Origin: Antedon mediterranea
Lineage: Eukaryota > Animalia > Echinodermata
Direction of reading: 5' to 3'
DNA length: 64,000 nt
Assembly (NCBI RefSeq): GCF_964355755.1
Contig: NC_092680.1
Location: forward strand, 744,001 to 808,000
In this document: positions 1-12,854 of the stretch, one piece after another
Numbering within the stretch: the first letter of the stretch is position 1
Layout: each line of letters opens with the position of its first letter
Position numbers and translations under genes: made by a program
The notes under the pieces: generated by a model
What the model saw: the letters and a program-made list of their open reading frames with translations, nothing else
Database searches by the model: none
What the model was told of the DNA's origin: nothing

Positions 1-133
1 ATTGAAGGAGTATCGACTATATGTGATCCAGGAAAGGAATCTCAATTTGAAATTGGTTTAACAAATGTCACTTGTACCGTTTATGACAATGCTGGTAATA
101 TTGCCAGTTGTAGTTTTGGCGTCCGAGTTGCAG
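1..133 (+). CDS. Adhesion GPCR exon: C-terminal half of a HYR domain
   Basis: IEGVSTICDPGKESQFEIGLTNVTCTVYDNAGNIASCSFGVRVA, followed by donor G|GTAAG. Confidence 0.85.
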
Positions 134-3100
134 GTAAGATAATAATAAATGAATTAGCAGTTAACGATACATAAAACATGTCACTCAATATAATACACGG
201 AATGGTGGTTGCATATTAGAAACATCATACAACAATATAATTTGCTTCATTTTACAGACAATACAGAGCCGAACATAACGTTTCCAGAGTATAATGGACA
301 TTGATGCGAAGTCCAATCTAACTACGGTGACATGGGATGACCCAGTGGTTATCTCTATGGACACGGTCAAGCTCAGTGATTTAACGAATAAACTACTTTA
401 TTCTATTTAGTTTTTACTACTTAATTTTTTTTTCAAACTCAGACAATACAAAGCCGAACATAACTTGTCCAGAGTATATGAACATTGATGCGGAGTCCAG
501 TCAAACCACGGTGACATGGGATGACCCAGTAGTTAGTGACAACGTTGATGCCAATGGACTATTGGCTACTTGTCGTCCAGGAAAGAAATCTCAATTTAAA
601 GTTGGTTTAACAATTGTCACGTGTACCGTTACTGATGCTGCTGATAATATTGGCAGTTGTAGTTTTGATGTGCTAGTTACAGGTGGTACAGGTAGGCATA
701 TTTTATTCATTATAATAGTGCTTTAAATATAAAATTTTTCAAAAGCATAATGAAATATTAACTTACACTATACATTAAACTGTGATAATTATTTACTGAT
801 TGTGTTTCTATTTAGAGTATGCTATATTTAATACAATTTGTGTTTATTTAAGTCCTATTTATATTGTTGTGTCCTCTTATATTATCTACACTACTTACTT
901 AATCAGTAAACTACCTAGAAAGTAGGTATAGCGCTAAATGCACCTTTTTGACTTACACTTTCTTGTTTACCAAAAATCATAATTTGAGCATCATTTATAT
1001 AAATTTATAAATATAAGAATTAAATACATATAAAACCTGAATCTAATTGTTTTTACAGAATGCCAAGACGAAGAAAAAGAACTGAATTGTTATACACCTA
1101 CTGTGGTTAGTATCAACTAATTATGGAAAGAAACGTTTCAAACATATTGAATAAAATATAATAATAATTAATGACTCAATCCTCAACGAGAACTTTCCAA
1201 AACTCTTTCGTTCGGTGGTTGTATGTTCACTCGTTTTTTAGCCAAATTAAAATTCAAAATAATATCAGAATGAAATACTCTAGAAGAGCGCATTAGATTA
1301 CTATACTTGCGAGTTAGATTCAGAGAGAATTGCTTTGTTTTATTTCTGTTTCCTGAACAGTGAAAGACATATTCAAAGCTATTCTCATGTGTTACCTTAT
1401 AGGACCCGATTGTGAATGATTTTAAGGAATTTGAAAGTCAAGTACTTTCTCTAATAGCAGACATAGAAGTCGGCGAAGAAATAGTATTTGAAGAGCAAGA
1501 TTATGGTATAAAATACATATTTTGTGAATTTAACTGGAATTGTAGAAAATGAAAAAATATTCTATAGGCCTAATGATGTTGAATTTATTCTCTTTTATTT
1601 TCGTTTTTCTCGATTACTGGGTACTAGCAAAACTTGTCTAAAGCTAACTGGAGATTCCATCTTTGATTTTTAAATTACTTCAAAAAGAAGAATAATTTGA
1701 TGAAAATGTTTGTTATTCACGAATTGCACTCGTAGATGGATAATCTATCTGAAAGAATTCAAAATGCTTTGGTTTTTTAATTTAATTTTAATCTCAATCT
1801 TTGATCAAATCTCAAATATGGTAAAATGTTTTTGGCTGCTATTAATGTATCATTTCTCACTTTTCTAGTTGGACTTGCTAAAGTACAGAAAGTTAACGGT
1901 AGTGAATTGATAAGAGGTGAAATAAACCTTCCTGACAATAGTAACATGGAGTTTATTCTTCAAGTACAAACTAATGATGAAGGTAACGAATTGCAAATCG
2001 CAAATCGATAATGTATATTGTTACTATTAAACCACATTTAAGCTCTGTCTACACTATCAAATTTGATGTGACAACAAAATGTGATGTGCCCATATATGGA
2101 CATGATGATGACATATCACTACCATATTTAGGCACACCACACTTGTTTGTCAAACTGTGTTAACAGAGCATTTGTCGACCACTTAAATCGGTCGACGATC
2201 TTGCATCCAGAATCTGACATTGTAGCAGATTATTATCTTACACGCGTGCCTAAATAATTCCTAAAAAATATTATATTGTGCTGTATTTTAGTTGACTTAC
2301 TAATAGTTGCTTCGTGGACTTACAACCAAGTTACTGAGAACCAAACTGTGAAAGAAAGCGTTTTTATTGACGGCTCGTGAGTATACTAATATAGTATGAG
2401 TTTATGAATGGTATTCTTATTGTAGCATGGTAATGGATAAATCTAATTCTCACAATATAAACATCGCATTCAACCCATCAACTCTAACTATAAAAGAGAA
2501 GGAGTGGAAAAAATACATTTAATTTGTGGAATAAAAATTGCCAAAACAGACGCCACTTGCTTATCTTTTGAAACCGATATTTGAAACATTCAAGCATATC
2601 TGATTTAAAGATGTATTGTCCTTTTGACTAATTCCAAAAAAATAAAAAATAAAAGTTTAAAAAAAAGTGGGTCATTTTGAAGTATCATAATAGTTTAATT
2701 AACTTTCACCAAAAATTAGTCGAAAAAAAAATCATGCATAATGCATACCCGTGGTTTGAAATCTTTACTTTACTTTACTAGCGACGATTTCCTGACGAAA
2801 TGTAATCAAATTAATTTACCTGTTAATTACGTAAACTTGTTGTTTTTGGCTTGAATTTTCCACTTAAAGTGAATAAGTTTAATATTACTTTGATATGGCC
2901 AATTAAATTAAAAATATTTCGACCTTTGTGTTTGAAGGGACAATACATCTTTGATACATCATCAAATGTTATCAATAATATAAACTTATTTATATTGTAG
3001 AAGTACAAGTTAATCCTGGTCTTGCATGTTTGTATTTAAATATTTTAACTGTAACTTTATTTTTCCTCAACAAAGCCTGGGTCACTTTTTATTTTGACAC

Positions 3101-6100
3101 ATTGATGGATAATTTTGTTTTTTTATAGACAATCTAAGGATGAATTTCGATATTTTACGGATATGTTCTCATGCAGTGTTTTTGATATCGAAAACAACTT
3201 AATTAAGTTAAACGCAACATTAAACTTTCATGAAAATAAGGTAGATGATATAGTTTATAGTATTCAATTAGGCCTACCAGGGAAGACTGTCACTATTCTC
3301 TGGGTCTACAATAATAAGAATAAGTGGGTAGGTGTAGTGTATGTGATGAACATGCACGCTAAATCCTCGACAGATTATAAACTTTAATTTGAGACTAATA
3401 ATATTATTACTACTGTATATTCCTATATTCTATTCATTTTAGAAAATATCAAATTTAATTTAAAAGGCATGAGTGTTATATATTAATAATAGTTTGTATT
3501 TGTTTACATATGCTAAACCTGATTCTACTCTACGTTATACAATTACAGATGGCGCCAACAGAAAGTGACAAAGTAATTGAAACAATATGCCTCTTTTATG
3601 ATGAAACACTACGGTAAGATTTTTCCACAGACGAGTACGGGGTTACCCCGGTGTCCACACCCCCACTGTCGTGCACAGACTCTTTTGTAAGAGTAAGAGT
3701 TTAATAGAGTATTTATTGAATATCATGTGACCCACAATCCTCCAATGAAATGACAAGAATCTAATCAGGTGTGTTATACCGATAGTCAATCTCTCAGTAT
3801 TTTAAATAAAATATAAAGTTGTTTCCTGTGATTACTAGTACAGTAGCTCACAGTGGATTTCCAGAAGAAAATAAATAAACCTTCTGTCTATGACATTTCT
3901 ATACTTCATTTATATTTTATTGAATAAGGGGTTGGAGTGATAGAGGTATGACAACTTACAATACCAATGACAGACTAAATTGCTCTTCGAACCATATCAC
4001 CAGCTTTGGAGTATTTATGAAGATTAGTAATTCACCAGAGGTAAAACATGTGTTCATTACTTACAAATTAACGAAAGAAAAGAAAAACGTCCCACTCGCT
4101 AAATTTGTTGTAGGTATACATTGCTATTTTGGTAAAAATTTACAGTACAATGAAATACTTACAAAATGTTATAATCTAATGTGGAATATACCGAAATGTT
4201 TATTTTGAGACAAAGAATACAAGCCGTATTTGGAATTTGAAGTATCTTGTTTAGGCATATTTGTGTTTAGAAGTGTTAACTGAAGTTCTTCTTTATTTTG
4301 TGTTTTATGTAAAAGTTTTAACATTATTATATCCTATAGCCTCTTGAGAGTGATACAGGCTTAAGTAGGTTGTCGAGAATTTGTATCTACTGCTCACTCA
4401 CTGCTTTGTGTGTTACTCTTGGAATGTACTGTTCATTTTCGTAAGTTTATTTTAATAACAACTGATAAGTGTGAAATTATCGTGTACATTTATTGGTTAT
4501 TCTTGGTAACTTATCCATTAAAATATCAAATCATAAGTGCATTGTTGCATTGGGCTTAATGTGCTGTCGAATACTTAAGATTGTGTTTTATATTGTTATT
4601 GTTGTAATTCTATGTGCGGTCAACATATCTTAATTATATTTTTCCTCCTAGAAAATTATGGAAATCTCAACGCAATTCGATACACAAGAACTTGGTCATC
4701 AATATGATTCTGATGCAGTTTCTATTTCTCTTCGGAATTGAAAAGACTGGAAATAAGGTAAATACAATCTAAAAATACATGTTTTGTATACAACAATGCA
4801 TATTTTGTTGACACATTACTAATAAGAAGAGTTGCAACCTCCGCCAGGAGTAAAACGAGAAAAAAGATCAAGAATCGTGTTAAAGATTTATTTTATAGTT
4901 TTGACGTATTACCTAAAATTAGTAAAATTTATAAGAGTTCCAGAAATTGGGATCCGTGTCCGGTTTATTTCCAAAATATAATGGAGTATTCCGTGACCAT
5001 ATATCTATCTGTGGTTTAAAAGTGGTAGGCCTAAAGATCCGTTTTTTTAAAATGTTGATGTACAACCTAAGATAAAGTGGTCCAGAATTGGGATCCTCAT
5101 CCGGATTGCCTCCAAACATTTATTGGCTATCCACTTGTCATATTTTTTCAGACGATTTGTACGATAGTAAGCATATGTCTTCATCTTACTTCTCTCAATG
5201 CTTTTACTTGGATGTGTGGCGAAGCTGTATACTTGTATTTTAAAGTATCTCCAAAACCAAGCCGACATAACCGACTTAGATATTATATGTTCTTGTGCTA
5301 TGGAATCCCACTAGTCATTGTGTTTTGTACTTCTGTGGCAAGATCCGTATCCGAGACCAACATTCGTAACATGTAAGTTTTGCTTATATTTATTCATTTT
5401 CAATCAATTTCTCTCAATAAAAAGCATTGGAAGAAGTTTAAAAGAAGGCCAAGACCCATCAAAGGAAGTTCAAAAAGTAACAATGGTGAAGGCATTGATA
5501 TATATTCTAATTTATTCTGGAAAAAATTTCCACATTTTAGAGAAAGATGAATTTCTTTATTGGAAAGTTTCTCTATTTTGGACACAACTGTCGATATTCT
5601 CATTTTAAAAAAAAATCTGAATTTGTCTACATTGGACAGTTTTTGGACGTAAAAAATACCTCATTTGGAAAAAAATATTTTGGACATTCACAACACACAT
5701 TGACTAATTTATTAAAGTTGTTTGAATTGATCATATTAATTATGGCTTTATGTACATTTTTTTTTATCTTGTGAAAAGTCTATGTTATTATAGTATATAT
5801 TCTTGTTAATTGTAATTTTTGTGTTAGAGAGACACACCTTACCGGTGACAGCGTTTTGTTTGGTGCTTTTGTCTCTCCTCGGCTTCGTGTCTTGTACTTC
5901 ATATATATATATATATACATTTCTATGTTTTGTAATTATTATTTCATGTTTATTGTCGAAATGAATAAGATAAAATAAAATAAACAATATAATTATATAA
6001 AAATAAATATAATTAATTTTAAAGCTGCTGGCTAGAGTCGACAATGAGATGGGCCTTCATAGCACCTGCAATACTGATTGTCATGGTAAATATTACATTT

Positions 6101-7094
6101 TATATTATGTATAAACTCTTCTCTGGTATAATACAGTAGTGAATCTTATCAGCTGTTTCGCTAACAATGAATACTATTCTTACGTATAAAAGTGTGATTC
6201 GTTACAATGTTTAATGAATATTAATGCAAAAATTAGGAAAATATGGCCCTTCAGTATATATAAATTGATTATTGTTTACCTCATAATTACTTATATTATT
6301 GTTTTTAAAGATTAACACAGTTATCATGGGTCTTGTTGTAAACATAATTTACCAACGATCTGGGAAAATGATGGGAAATTCAAGCAGAGAGACGCCCAAA
6401 CTCAAACGACTGCGGTAATTTATTTATTATAATTATTATTTTAAAGAACTTATTATTTTACATTCTTCTTATAAATATCGATTCGTTATTTTTAAGCTAT
6501 CTGCACATTGCTTTTTAAAGTTAGGCCTATATTATCGTCCTGAACAAATTATTTTCGAGATGGCCTACTTATGAGCGAGAACTGGCATAAATAAGAAAAA
6601 TGATTTTAATTTAACGAAAGACGAGTAGACAAGGGGCACGACGAAACTATATTAATCTGATCTATATCTGGAGGATACTATACTTACTATTTATAAAACA
6701 CCATAACTGTAATTACCGTTATATTGTTGATCAATAGAAAAGCTGCTAAAGGCACGGCTATGCTATTGCCAATTATGGGAACAACCTGGCTTATTGGTCC
6801 GTTTGTTCTCACGACGCCAGTCATGGAATATCTATTTGTCCTGCTTACCGGTAGTCAGGGAATCTTCATATTTCTTGTCTATTGTCTTTTTGACAGTGAG
6901 GTAATACTATATTATTAATACTCATCATCTCTAATGAAAATAAAACAATATTTTCTTTTACACTTTCAATTGGTGTACCAATTGAAATTAATACATTTTT
7001 TTTAAATTTTTAGGTAAAAGACTGCTTTCAGAAACGTTTTAACAAAACTCGAGTGTGGCCATTTAATACCAGCACGACCATGACGACTGTTTAA
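1..7094 (+). CDS. Adhesion GPCR (HYR repeats + GAIN/GPS + secretin-like 7TM), 5'-partial multi-exon gene
   Basis: Exons 1-133, 443-691, 1059-1105, 1403-1505, 1869-1982, 2292-2376, 3129-3240, 3549-3613, 3929-4040, 4340-4440, 4652-4757, 5152-5372, 6025-6085, 6311-6414, 6738-6900 and 7014-7094 all have GT-AG ends. They join into one open frame (1857 nt). Motifs: HYR (PNITCP..VTWDDP..G.T.VTCTVTDAADN..SCSF.V.V), GPS (CSSNHITSFGVFM), and 7TM motifs IHKNL, FTWMCGEA, YGIP, CWL, LLPIMGTTW, SQGIFIF..YC..DSEV. Confidence 0.9.
258..352 (+). pseudogene. Degenerate, truncated HYR pseudo-exon
   Basis: TTTTACAG acceptor, then a near copy of the start of exon 443. It has a +1 A insertion (GAGTATAATG vs GAGTATATG) giving TGA, a Cys>Phe change, and truncation after WDDPVV. 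Confidence 0.75.
443..691 (+). CDS. Adhesion GPCR exon: complete HYR domain
   Basis: DNTKPNITCPEYMNIDAESSQTTVTWDDPVVSDNVD...SCSFDVLVTG. Phase 1-1. An alternative donor after 682 is possible. Confidence 0.88.
1059..1105 (+). CDS. Adhesion GPCR exon (linker)
   Basis: TTTTACAG acceptor and GTTAGT donor; ECQDEEKELNCYTPTV; phases fit the neighbours. Confidence 0.65.
1403..1505 (+). CDS. Adhesion GPCR exon (GAIN region)
   Basis: TATAG acceptor and GTATAA donor; DPIVNDFKEFESQVLSLIADIEVGEEIVFEEQDY. Confidence 0.7.
1869..1982 (+). CDS. Adhesion GPCR exon (GAIN region)
   Basis: TTTCTAG acceptor and GTAAC donor; lies within ORF 1826-2011. Confidence 0.72.
2041..2172. mobile_element. Harbinger-type MITE family A copy
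   Basis: TIR AGCTCTGTCTACACTATCAAA; the right TIR is degraded; internal sequence is shared with about 12 other copies. Confidence 0.75.
2292..2376 (+). CDS. Adhesion GPCR exon (GAIN region)
   Basis: TTTTAG acceptor and GTGAGT donor; DLLIVASWTYNQVTENQTVKESVFIDG. Confidence 0.7.
2609..2950. mobile_element. Kolobok-like non-autonomous element (family C)
   Basis: TTAA-AGATGTATTGTCC ... GGACAATACATCT-TTGA; the same TIRs occur at 23770-24092. Confidence 0.6.
3129..3240 (+). CDS. Adhesion GPCR exon (GAIN region)
   Basis: TTTTATAG acceptor and GTAGAT donor; YFTDMFSCSVFDIENNLIKLNATLNFHENK. Confidence 0.75.
3549..3613 (+). CDS. Adhesion GPCR exon (start of GPS motif)
   Basis: TACAG acceptor and GTAAG donor; IETICLFYDE. 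Confidence 0.78.
3929..4040 (+). CDS. Adhesion GPCR exon (GPS cleavage site and tethered agonist)
   Basis: GWSDRGM...LNCSSNHITSFGVFMKIS. Confidence 0.88.
4340..4440 (+). CDS. Adhesion GPCR exon (TM1)
   Basis: LSRLSRICIYCSLTALCVTLGMYCSF; TATAG acceptor and GTAAGT donor. Confidence 0.85.
4652..4757 (+). CDS. Adhesion GPCR exon (TM2)
   Basis: LWKSQRNSIHKNLVINMILMQFLFLFGIEKT. Confidence 0.88.
5152..5372 (+). CDS. Adhesion GPCR exon (TM3-TM4)
   Basis: CTIVSICLHLTSLNAFTWMCGEAVYLY...YMFLCYGIPLVIV. Confidence 0.9.
6025..6085 (+). CDS. Adhesion GPCR exon (ECL2 CWL, TM5 start)
   Basis: CWLESTMRWAFIAPAILIVM. Confidence 0.87.
6311..6414 (+). CDS. Adhesion GPCR exon (TM5-ICL3)
   Basis: INTVIMGLVVNIIYQR...; AAAG acceptor and GTAATT donor. 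Confidence 0.85.
6738..6900 (+). CDS. Adhesion GPCR exon (TM6-TM7)
   Basis: KAAKGTAMLLPIMGTTWLIG...YLFVLLTGSQGIFIFLVYCLFDSE. Confidence 0.9.
7014..7094 (+). CDS. Adhesion GPCR terminal exon (helix 8, C-terminal ..MTTV)
   Basis: TTTTTAG acceptor; VKDCFQKRFNKTRVWPFNTSTTMTTV*. Confidence 0.82.
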   Translation, partial: VKDCFQKRFNKTRVWPFNTSTTMTTV

Positions 7095-9247
7095 AGGTTG
7101 ATGAAGAAGATTTAAAATACTGTTTTATTAAGTTCAATGCACTGTCACATGACCTATAACAATTATTATAGAGATTACGATTACAAATTATCCGCCATCT
7201 AGAATCCAATATAGCGGCCAAAATGGCGTTTAGTTTAAAACTGTTATTCCTCACTTTTTCCTCACCGTTTGTTATCAGTTATTGCTATTGTAAACATCCG
7301 CACCAAACACTACCAATAGACAGTTGCTCTTGTGTGGGTATGAATCTTCATAACCTCCAATGATAATTTGAAGAAAATTAACCGTAATTGCGAAAAATTA
7401 AATGTAAAAATATCAAAAAATGGGCTATAATGTCGTACCTGGTTTACATGATTTAATATAGTGATTATGAATATTTAAACTATTAGTTACTATGGTTTCT
7501 ACTTAATATTGAACTCTACCGCATACAAAAATTGACAATCTATACCGGACTCGCCACGTTTAGTTGCATCATCATCGCGGTTCACCCAACTGTATGTTCA
7601 ACCTTTTCCTCAGTCATTCGCCATCGTAATCCACCTCCTTTTAATATTCAATCATTGGTAACGTTTATGAATATAAATGATTAATCTCATTCTTATCAAA
7701 GTCAGTAAAATACCCCCAGCGTGTTCGGGACAAAACGAAAATATCAGTCATTTAATTTCCAATTCAATGCTGTAATGTTGATGACAAATGGTGTTGTTTG
7801 TAACCGACGCGTCATGCTAACAAACCCCACGCGTTTCTTAAAAGTGACGTGTAAATGAAAGTCAATTGACTGGAATATTGATTTTTACCTTTGTAGCATT
7901 CTGATTTAAGCAACGCAAGTAAGTTTACCAATGACAACCATCAGTTTGAATAATTCATCTCATTGGTCAACTATCTTACGCTTGTGTATTTATAGCTATT
8001 TTTTATATATTTGTAATGCAATTCATTTCAATCCTTGACTGTCGTTTTGTAATTGGATATATTTTTATTATACCGAATAAATAAATAAATAATAAATTCT
8101 ATACAGACTTAAGTTTATGAGTTTTAACATGATTTATGTATCAATGTTGTTTCGTATTTGGATAACATAATAGTCTGATGTTAATACTCTAATTATGCCT
8201 ACTTTAAATATATTATATAGTATGTTTGAAATAATTATGTAGAAATGCAAGTAAATAAAAAATGTTTTAAGTATTTTATATTGGTATTCATTTGACTCGA
8301 CAACTCGGCTTGAATCGCATGCTATCTAACCAGAAAGAATCGCCATATTTATGGATACCCTGCTTTTCGAAAACTAAAGATATTTATTCTTTATTCAATT
8401 TTAACTATTGTAATATATTTTTTACTTTTTATGTTTTATGTCGTATTTTTGAGGGCCCCTTAAAATCAGCTTCCGCTGGCTGGGTCACCCTCGTGAAATA
8501 TGGTTGAATAAATAAATAAATAAATAAATATTCCTATCTTACTTGCGCCATCAGTTTTTTAGACTAATATCTTTTAGCGATCTTCTTATTTCCATTTTGG
8601 CAAATCTTTGTAACTAAACGGGAAGCTGGGTTGGCATTTATCAATATTTGCTTATATTTTTGCTTAAGCTGAAATATTTAAGAAGTGCTTAAGCAAATAA
8701 CATAATCTTATTTATCAAACCGTCTTAGCAATGTCTTAGCAGAAAAATTGTCTTAGGTAAATTTTACTTTTGCACATGCGCAAAATTAAACTCTAGAGGG
8801 CAGCAGATTATGTCTTAAGACGAAAAATCCTGCTCTCCCTGCCTCAGCACTAAGGCCCTGCCACAGCCTTTTGGGGTCGTTTCCACCACATCACCAGGCG
8901 GCGCTATAACATTTTATCTCCGTATTTTCACTACTAATTACCTAGCCATTTAATATTTATGAGTTATTGATGTGTTTTTGTGACGTCAATTTTAGTTTTA
9001 TCATTATTTATGAGTTACACATTGTTTATAATTACCAATATGTCTTCAACCGATTCAGCGTGACATATTATAATTACCTTTTTACAATACTGGAACCTAA
9101 AATTATAACCATTTACCGTAAATAACAATTATAATGCTTAGTTATCTTCTGGTGATATAGAAGGCATCGCTCCCTACTTTTTCGTTCACCGTGTGTCTCG
9201 CTACGCACAATAGAAGCAAGAGATTATATGCTAGGCATGAATGCTAA

Positions 9248-9403
9248 AGCGTGGTTCCAACTAGGAGGCAACGCAAGGACTTAAGCGCAACGCAAACGAG
9301 TTGACCAATGACAAGCGCAGGTCGAATAATTCATTGCTTGTGATTGGTAAAATCCCTTACGCTGCGTTACGTCGTTGTGTTGCGTCCTAGTGGTAACCAA
9401 GCT
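9248..9403. mobile_element. Harbinger-type MITE family B copy
   Basis: TAA-AGCGTGGTTCCAACTAG ... CTAGTGGTAACCAAGCT-TTA; the body is largely palindromic. Confidence 0.8.
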
Positions 9404-9964
9404 TTACTAAACCGTTCGGCAACCTTGATGGCATCTAGATTCTAGAAGATACTGGAAGTATTTCCTCGGTCTCAGTCGTCACTGAACTTATTTCCAATTA
9501 ATTAGATAGTCATTATGAAGCCGAAAACTCTCATAATTAATACATTCAAATTAGAATTGATACGATGCGTGGTATAAAGATGATACATTATTAATACTGT
9601 TGTTTCTAGAAATAATTAAAACGCTTCAATTAATATAGGACAATCAAAGGTTAATTTATAGCGTGTATTGTAATGAAAAGTTAACAATTCAATTTACCGA
9701 TGTCCAACAGCCAAACGTCGGATACTAGTTCAAGACTAATAGGCCTACCTAATCAGTCAAACATACTTGTATTTTCTAAAGTACTCGAGAGTCGGACTAG
9801 TTTATTATTATTATTATTTGTTTAAAAAAACACACGAGGAAGGCCTATGCTTAAAATCATTTCAAATGTACCTATACTATTTTCCCCCAATATTTCTGTA
9901 TTCCACAATTATAGATCTCAACATTAATCGATCAAAACCGAGTTTTTATACAGAAGCAGAATTT

Positions 9965-11520
9965 AGCTTGATTTGAGTTTGAGCTTAATGTAGAGTTAGA
10001 GCTTAATGTTTTTAGAGCTAAATTTTTTAGAGCTTAATGTAGAGTTTGAGCTTAATGTAGAGTTTGAGCTTAATATAGAGTTTGAGCTTAGTGTAGAGTT
10101 TGAGCTTAATGTAGAGTTTGAGCTTAATGTAGAGTTTGAGCTTAATGTAGAGTTTGAGCTTAATGTAGAGTTTGAGCTTAATTTAGAGTTTAAGCTTAAT
10201 GTAGAGTTTGAGCTTGATTTGAGTTTGAGCTTGATTTGAGTTTGAGCTTGATTTGAGTTTGAGCTTAATGTAGAGTTTGAGCTTAATGTAGAGTTTGAGC
10301 TTAATGTAGAGTTTGAGCTTAATGTAGAGTTTGAGCTTAATGTATAGTTTGAGCTTAATGTATAGTTTGAGCTTAATGTATAGTTTGAGCTTAATGTAGA
10401 GTTTGAGCTTAATGTATAATTTGAGCTTAATGTATAATTTGAGCTTAATGTATAATTTGAGCTTAATGTAGAGTTTGAGCTTAATGTAGAGTTTGAGCTT
10501 AATGTAGAGTTTGAGCTTAATGTAGAGTTTGAGCTTAATGTAGAGTTTGAGCTTAATGTATAGTTTGAGCTTAATGTATAGTTTGAGCTTAATGTATAGT
10601 TTGAGCTTAATGTAGAGTTTGAGCTTAATGTAGAGTTTGAGCTTAATGTATAGTTTGAGCTTAATGTATAGTTTGAGCTTAATGTAGAGTTTGAGCTTAA
10701 TGTAGAGTTTGAGCTTAATGTAGAGTTTGAGCTTAATGTAGAGTTTGAGCTTAATGTATAGTTTGAGCTTAATGTATAGTTTGAGCTTAATGTATAGTTT
10801 GAGCTTAATGTATAGTTTGAGCTTAATGTAGAGTTTGAGCTTAATGTAGAGGAGAGTGAGTTTAAGGTATAGTTTGAGCTTAATGTAGAGGAGAGTGAGT
10901 TTAATGTATAGTTTGAGCTTAATGTAGAGGAGAGTGAGCTTAATGTAGAGGAGAGTAAGCTTAATGTAGAGGAGAGTGAGTTTAATGTATAGTTTGAGCT
11001 TAATGTAGAGGAGAGTGAGTTTAATGTATAGTTTGAGCTTAATGTATAGTTTGAGCTTAATGTAGAGGAGAGTGAGCTTAATGTAGAGGAGAGTGAGTTT
11101 AATGTATAGTTTGAGTTTAATGTAGAGGAGAGTGAGTTTAATGTAGAGGAGAGTGAGTTTAATGTAGAGGAGAGTGAGTTTAATTTAGAGGAGAGTGAGT
11201 TTAATGTAGAGGAGAGTGAGCTTAATGTATAGTTTGAGCTTAATGTAGAGGAGAGTGAGCTTAATGTATAGTTTGAGCTTAATGTAGAGGAGAGTGAGCT
11301 TAATGTAAATTTATTAGAATTACGTAGAGTGTGAGCTTAATGCATAGTTTGAGCTTAATGTATAGTTTGAGTTTAATGTAGAGGAGAGTGAGTTTAATGT
11401 AAATTTATTAGAATTACGTAGAGTGTGAGCTTATAAGCGTTTGAGTTAATTGAGAATTTGAGCTTAATATAACTAACTACAAGTTTGAGCTTCTTCAGAG
11501 TTTGAGTTAATTTAGAGTTT
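9965..11520. repeat. 18-bp minisatellite (GAGCTTAATGTAGAGTTT)n grading into a 21-bp variant
   Basis: Directly visible tandem array of about 1.5 kb. Confidence 0.97.
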
Positions 11521-12854
11521 ATTGTTGACAAGATGATAAATGTCTCACACGGAGCTGTATAGTAAGCTATATCGGAAATGAGATCGCCAAGTAAATACCA
11601 ACGGCACTGGCAACAACGGATTAGTTAACTTAAATTAAAATTCAGTGATTTTTCACGTTAATTTCAACAACATCCTTGTAAGGGTATTATGTTAAACGGT
11701 GAAAATACCAATTGATGGTGAAAGCATTCATTTTATATTTAGAGTCAATGCTTAAACACAATATTAGGTTAAAATAGAAAGAAAAACAAACTCATTAAAC
11801 CTGACCAGATTTAAATTAGTGAAAGAACAAACATTCATTTAAATATTGTTTGATTGATGATAATACTTTATTTGGAGACAGTTACTGTATAGTTAAGATT
11901 AATTTAAAAATGGTAGATGTGAACGAAACAATGTTAAGTTGTTAATTAGTCCCATTAAATCCAGATTTTAATAAGTGGTTATTGATTAAGGAAAATACAT
12001 CTATGAGAGTAAAACAAACTCGGAAATGTTCTGCTTTGCAGAGATCCATTATAGCACATTATGTTTAGATTGTATGTTTAGATCCAATTAAATAGAAATT
12101 CGATTCAAGTTGTTGACGTTATAATTTGGGAACAGTCCTATAGTTCTTCTTCGGCATTGAAACTAATTCACAAAGCGAGGATGGTGGGACACATTTATTC
12201 AGGAACAATCACATTAAGGGACAGACCTATTAAGGGAACACAAATAAATGAGGGGAAATATAAGACTAGGGCTAACTCGTATTACCTTTATTGGCTACCG
12301 AAGGTGTCCCCTTATGAGGTTAAAAGTTTGGAAAACTAATGTAATACAGTACTCTATTGTATACACGGGGGTAAATAAATAGTGGTCAGAATTACAACAA
12401 AAATCACCTTTACAACCATAAACTATAGCAAAAAATCCTCATGGCAATTAAAGATTGTCGACCCTTTACACTTTATTAGTATCATACATTGGAAAATGGC
12501 ATGTTTGGAAAAGAAGTAAACATTGTACGAGGCAAGTAATACCTAGGCCCATGGGAACATGCGGATGTTACTTGTTTGATACACACTCCCATGAGACTAT
12601 GGACAATTTGAATGTTGAGTGATATATACTCATTAACAAGATGAAAAATCATATCACGTGTAAGGCTGTAACGTCTATCAACTCATAAATATTTTGTAAT
12701 TATATATCATATTTCTTAGAGTAACTAGATGGTCAATGAACCGTAGATATATTGAACTTGTTGTGACAAATTAGGTAATTAATATGTTCGTCATCACATC
12801 ACTGTTGTCATGGCTATGTCATTGTTAGTTGCTATATTATTTTTGTTTGTTATC

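Noticed and set aside
10006-10239. (ELNVEF)n ORF
   Set aside because: Reading of the 18-bp satellite; stops appear in variant units.
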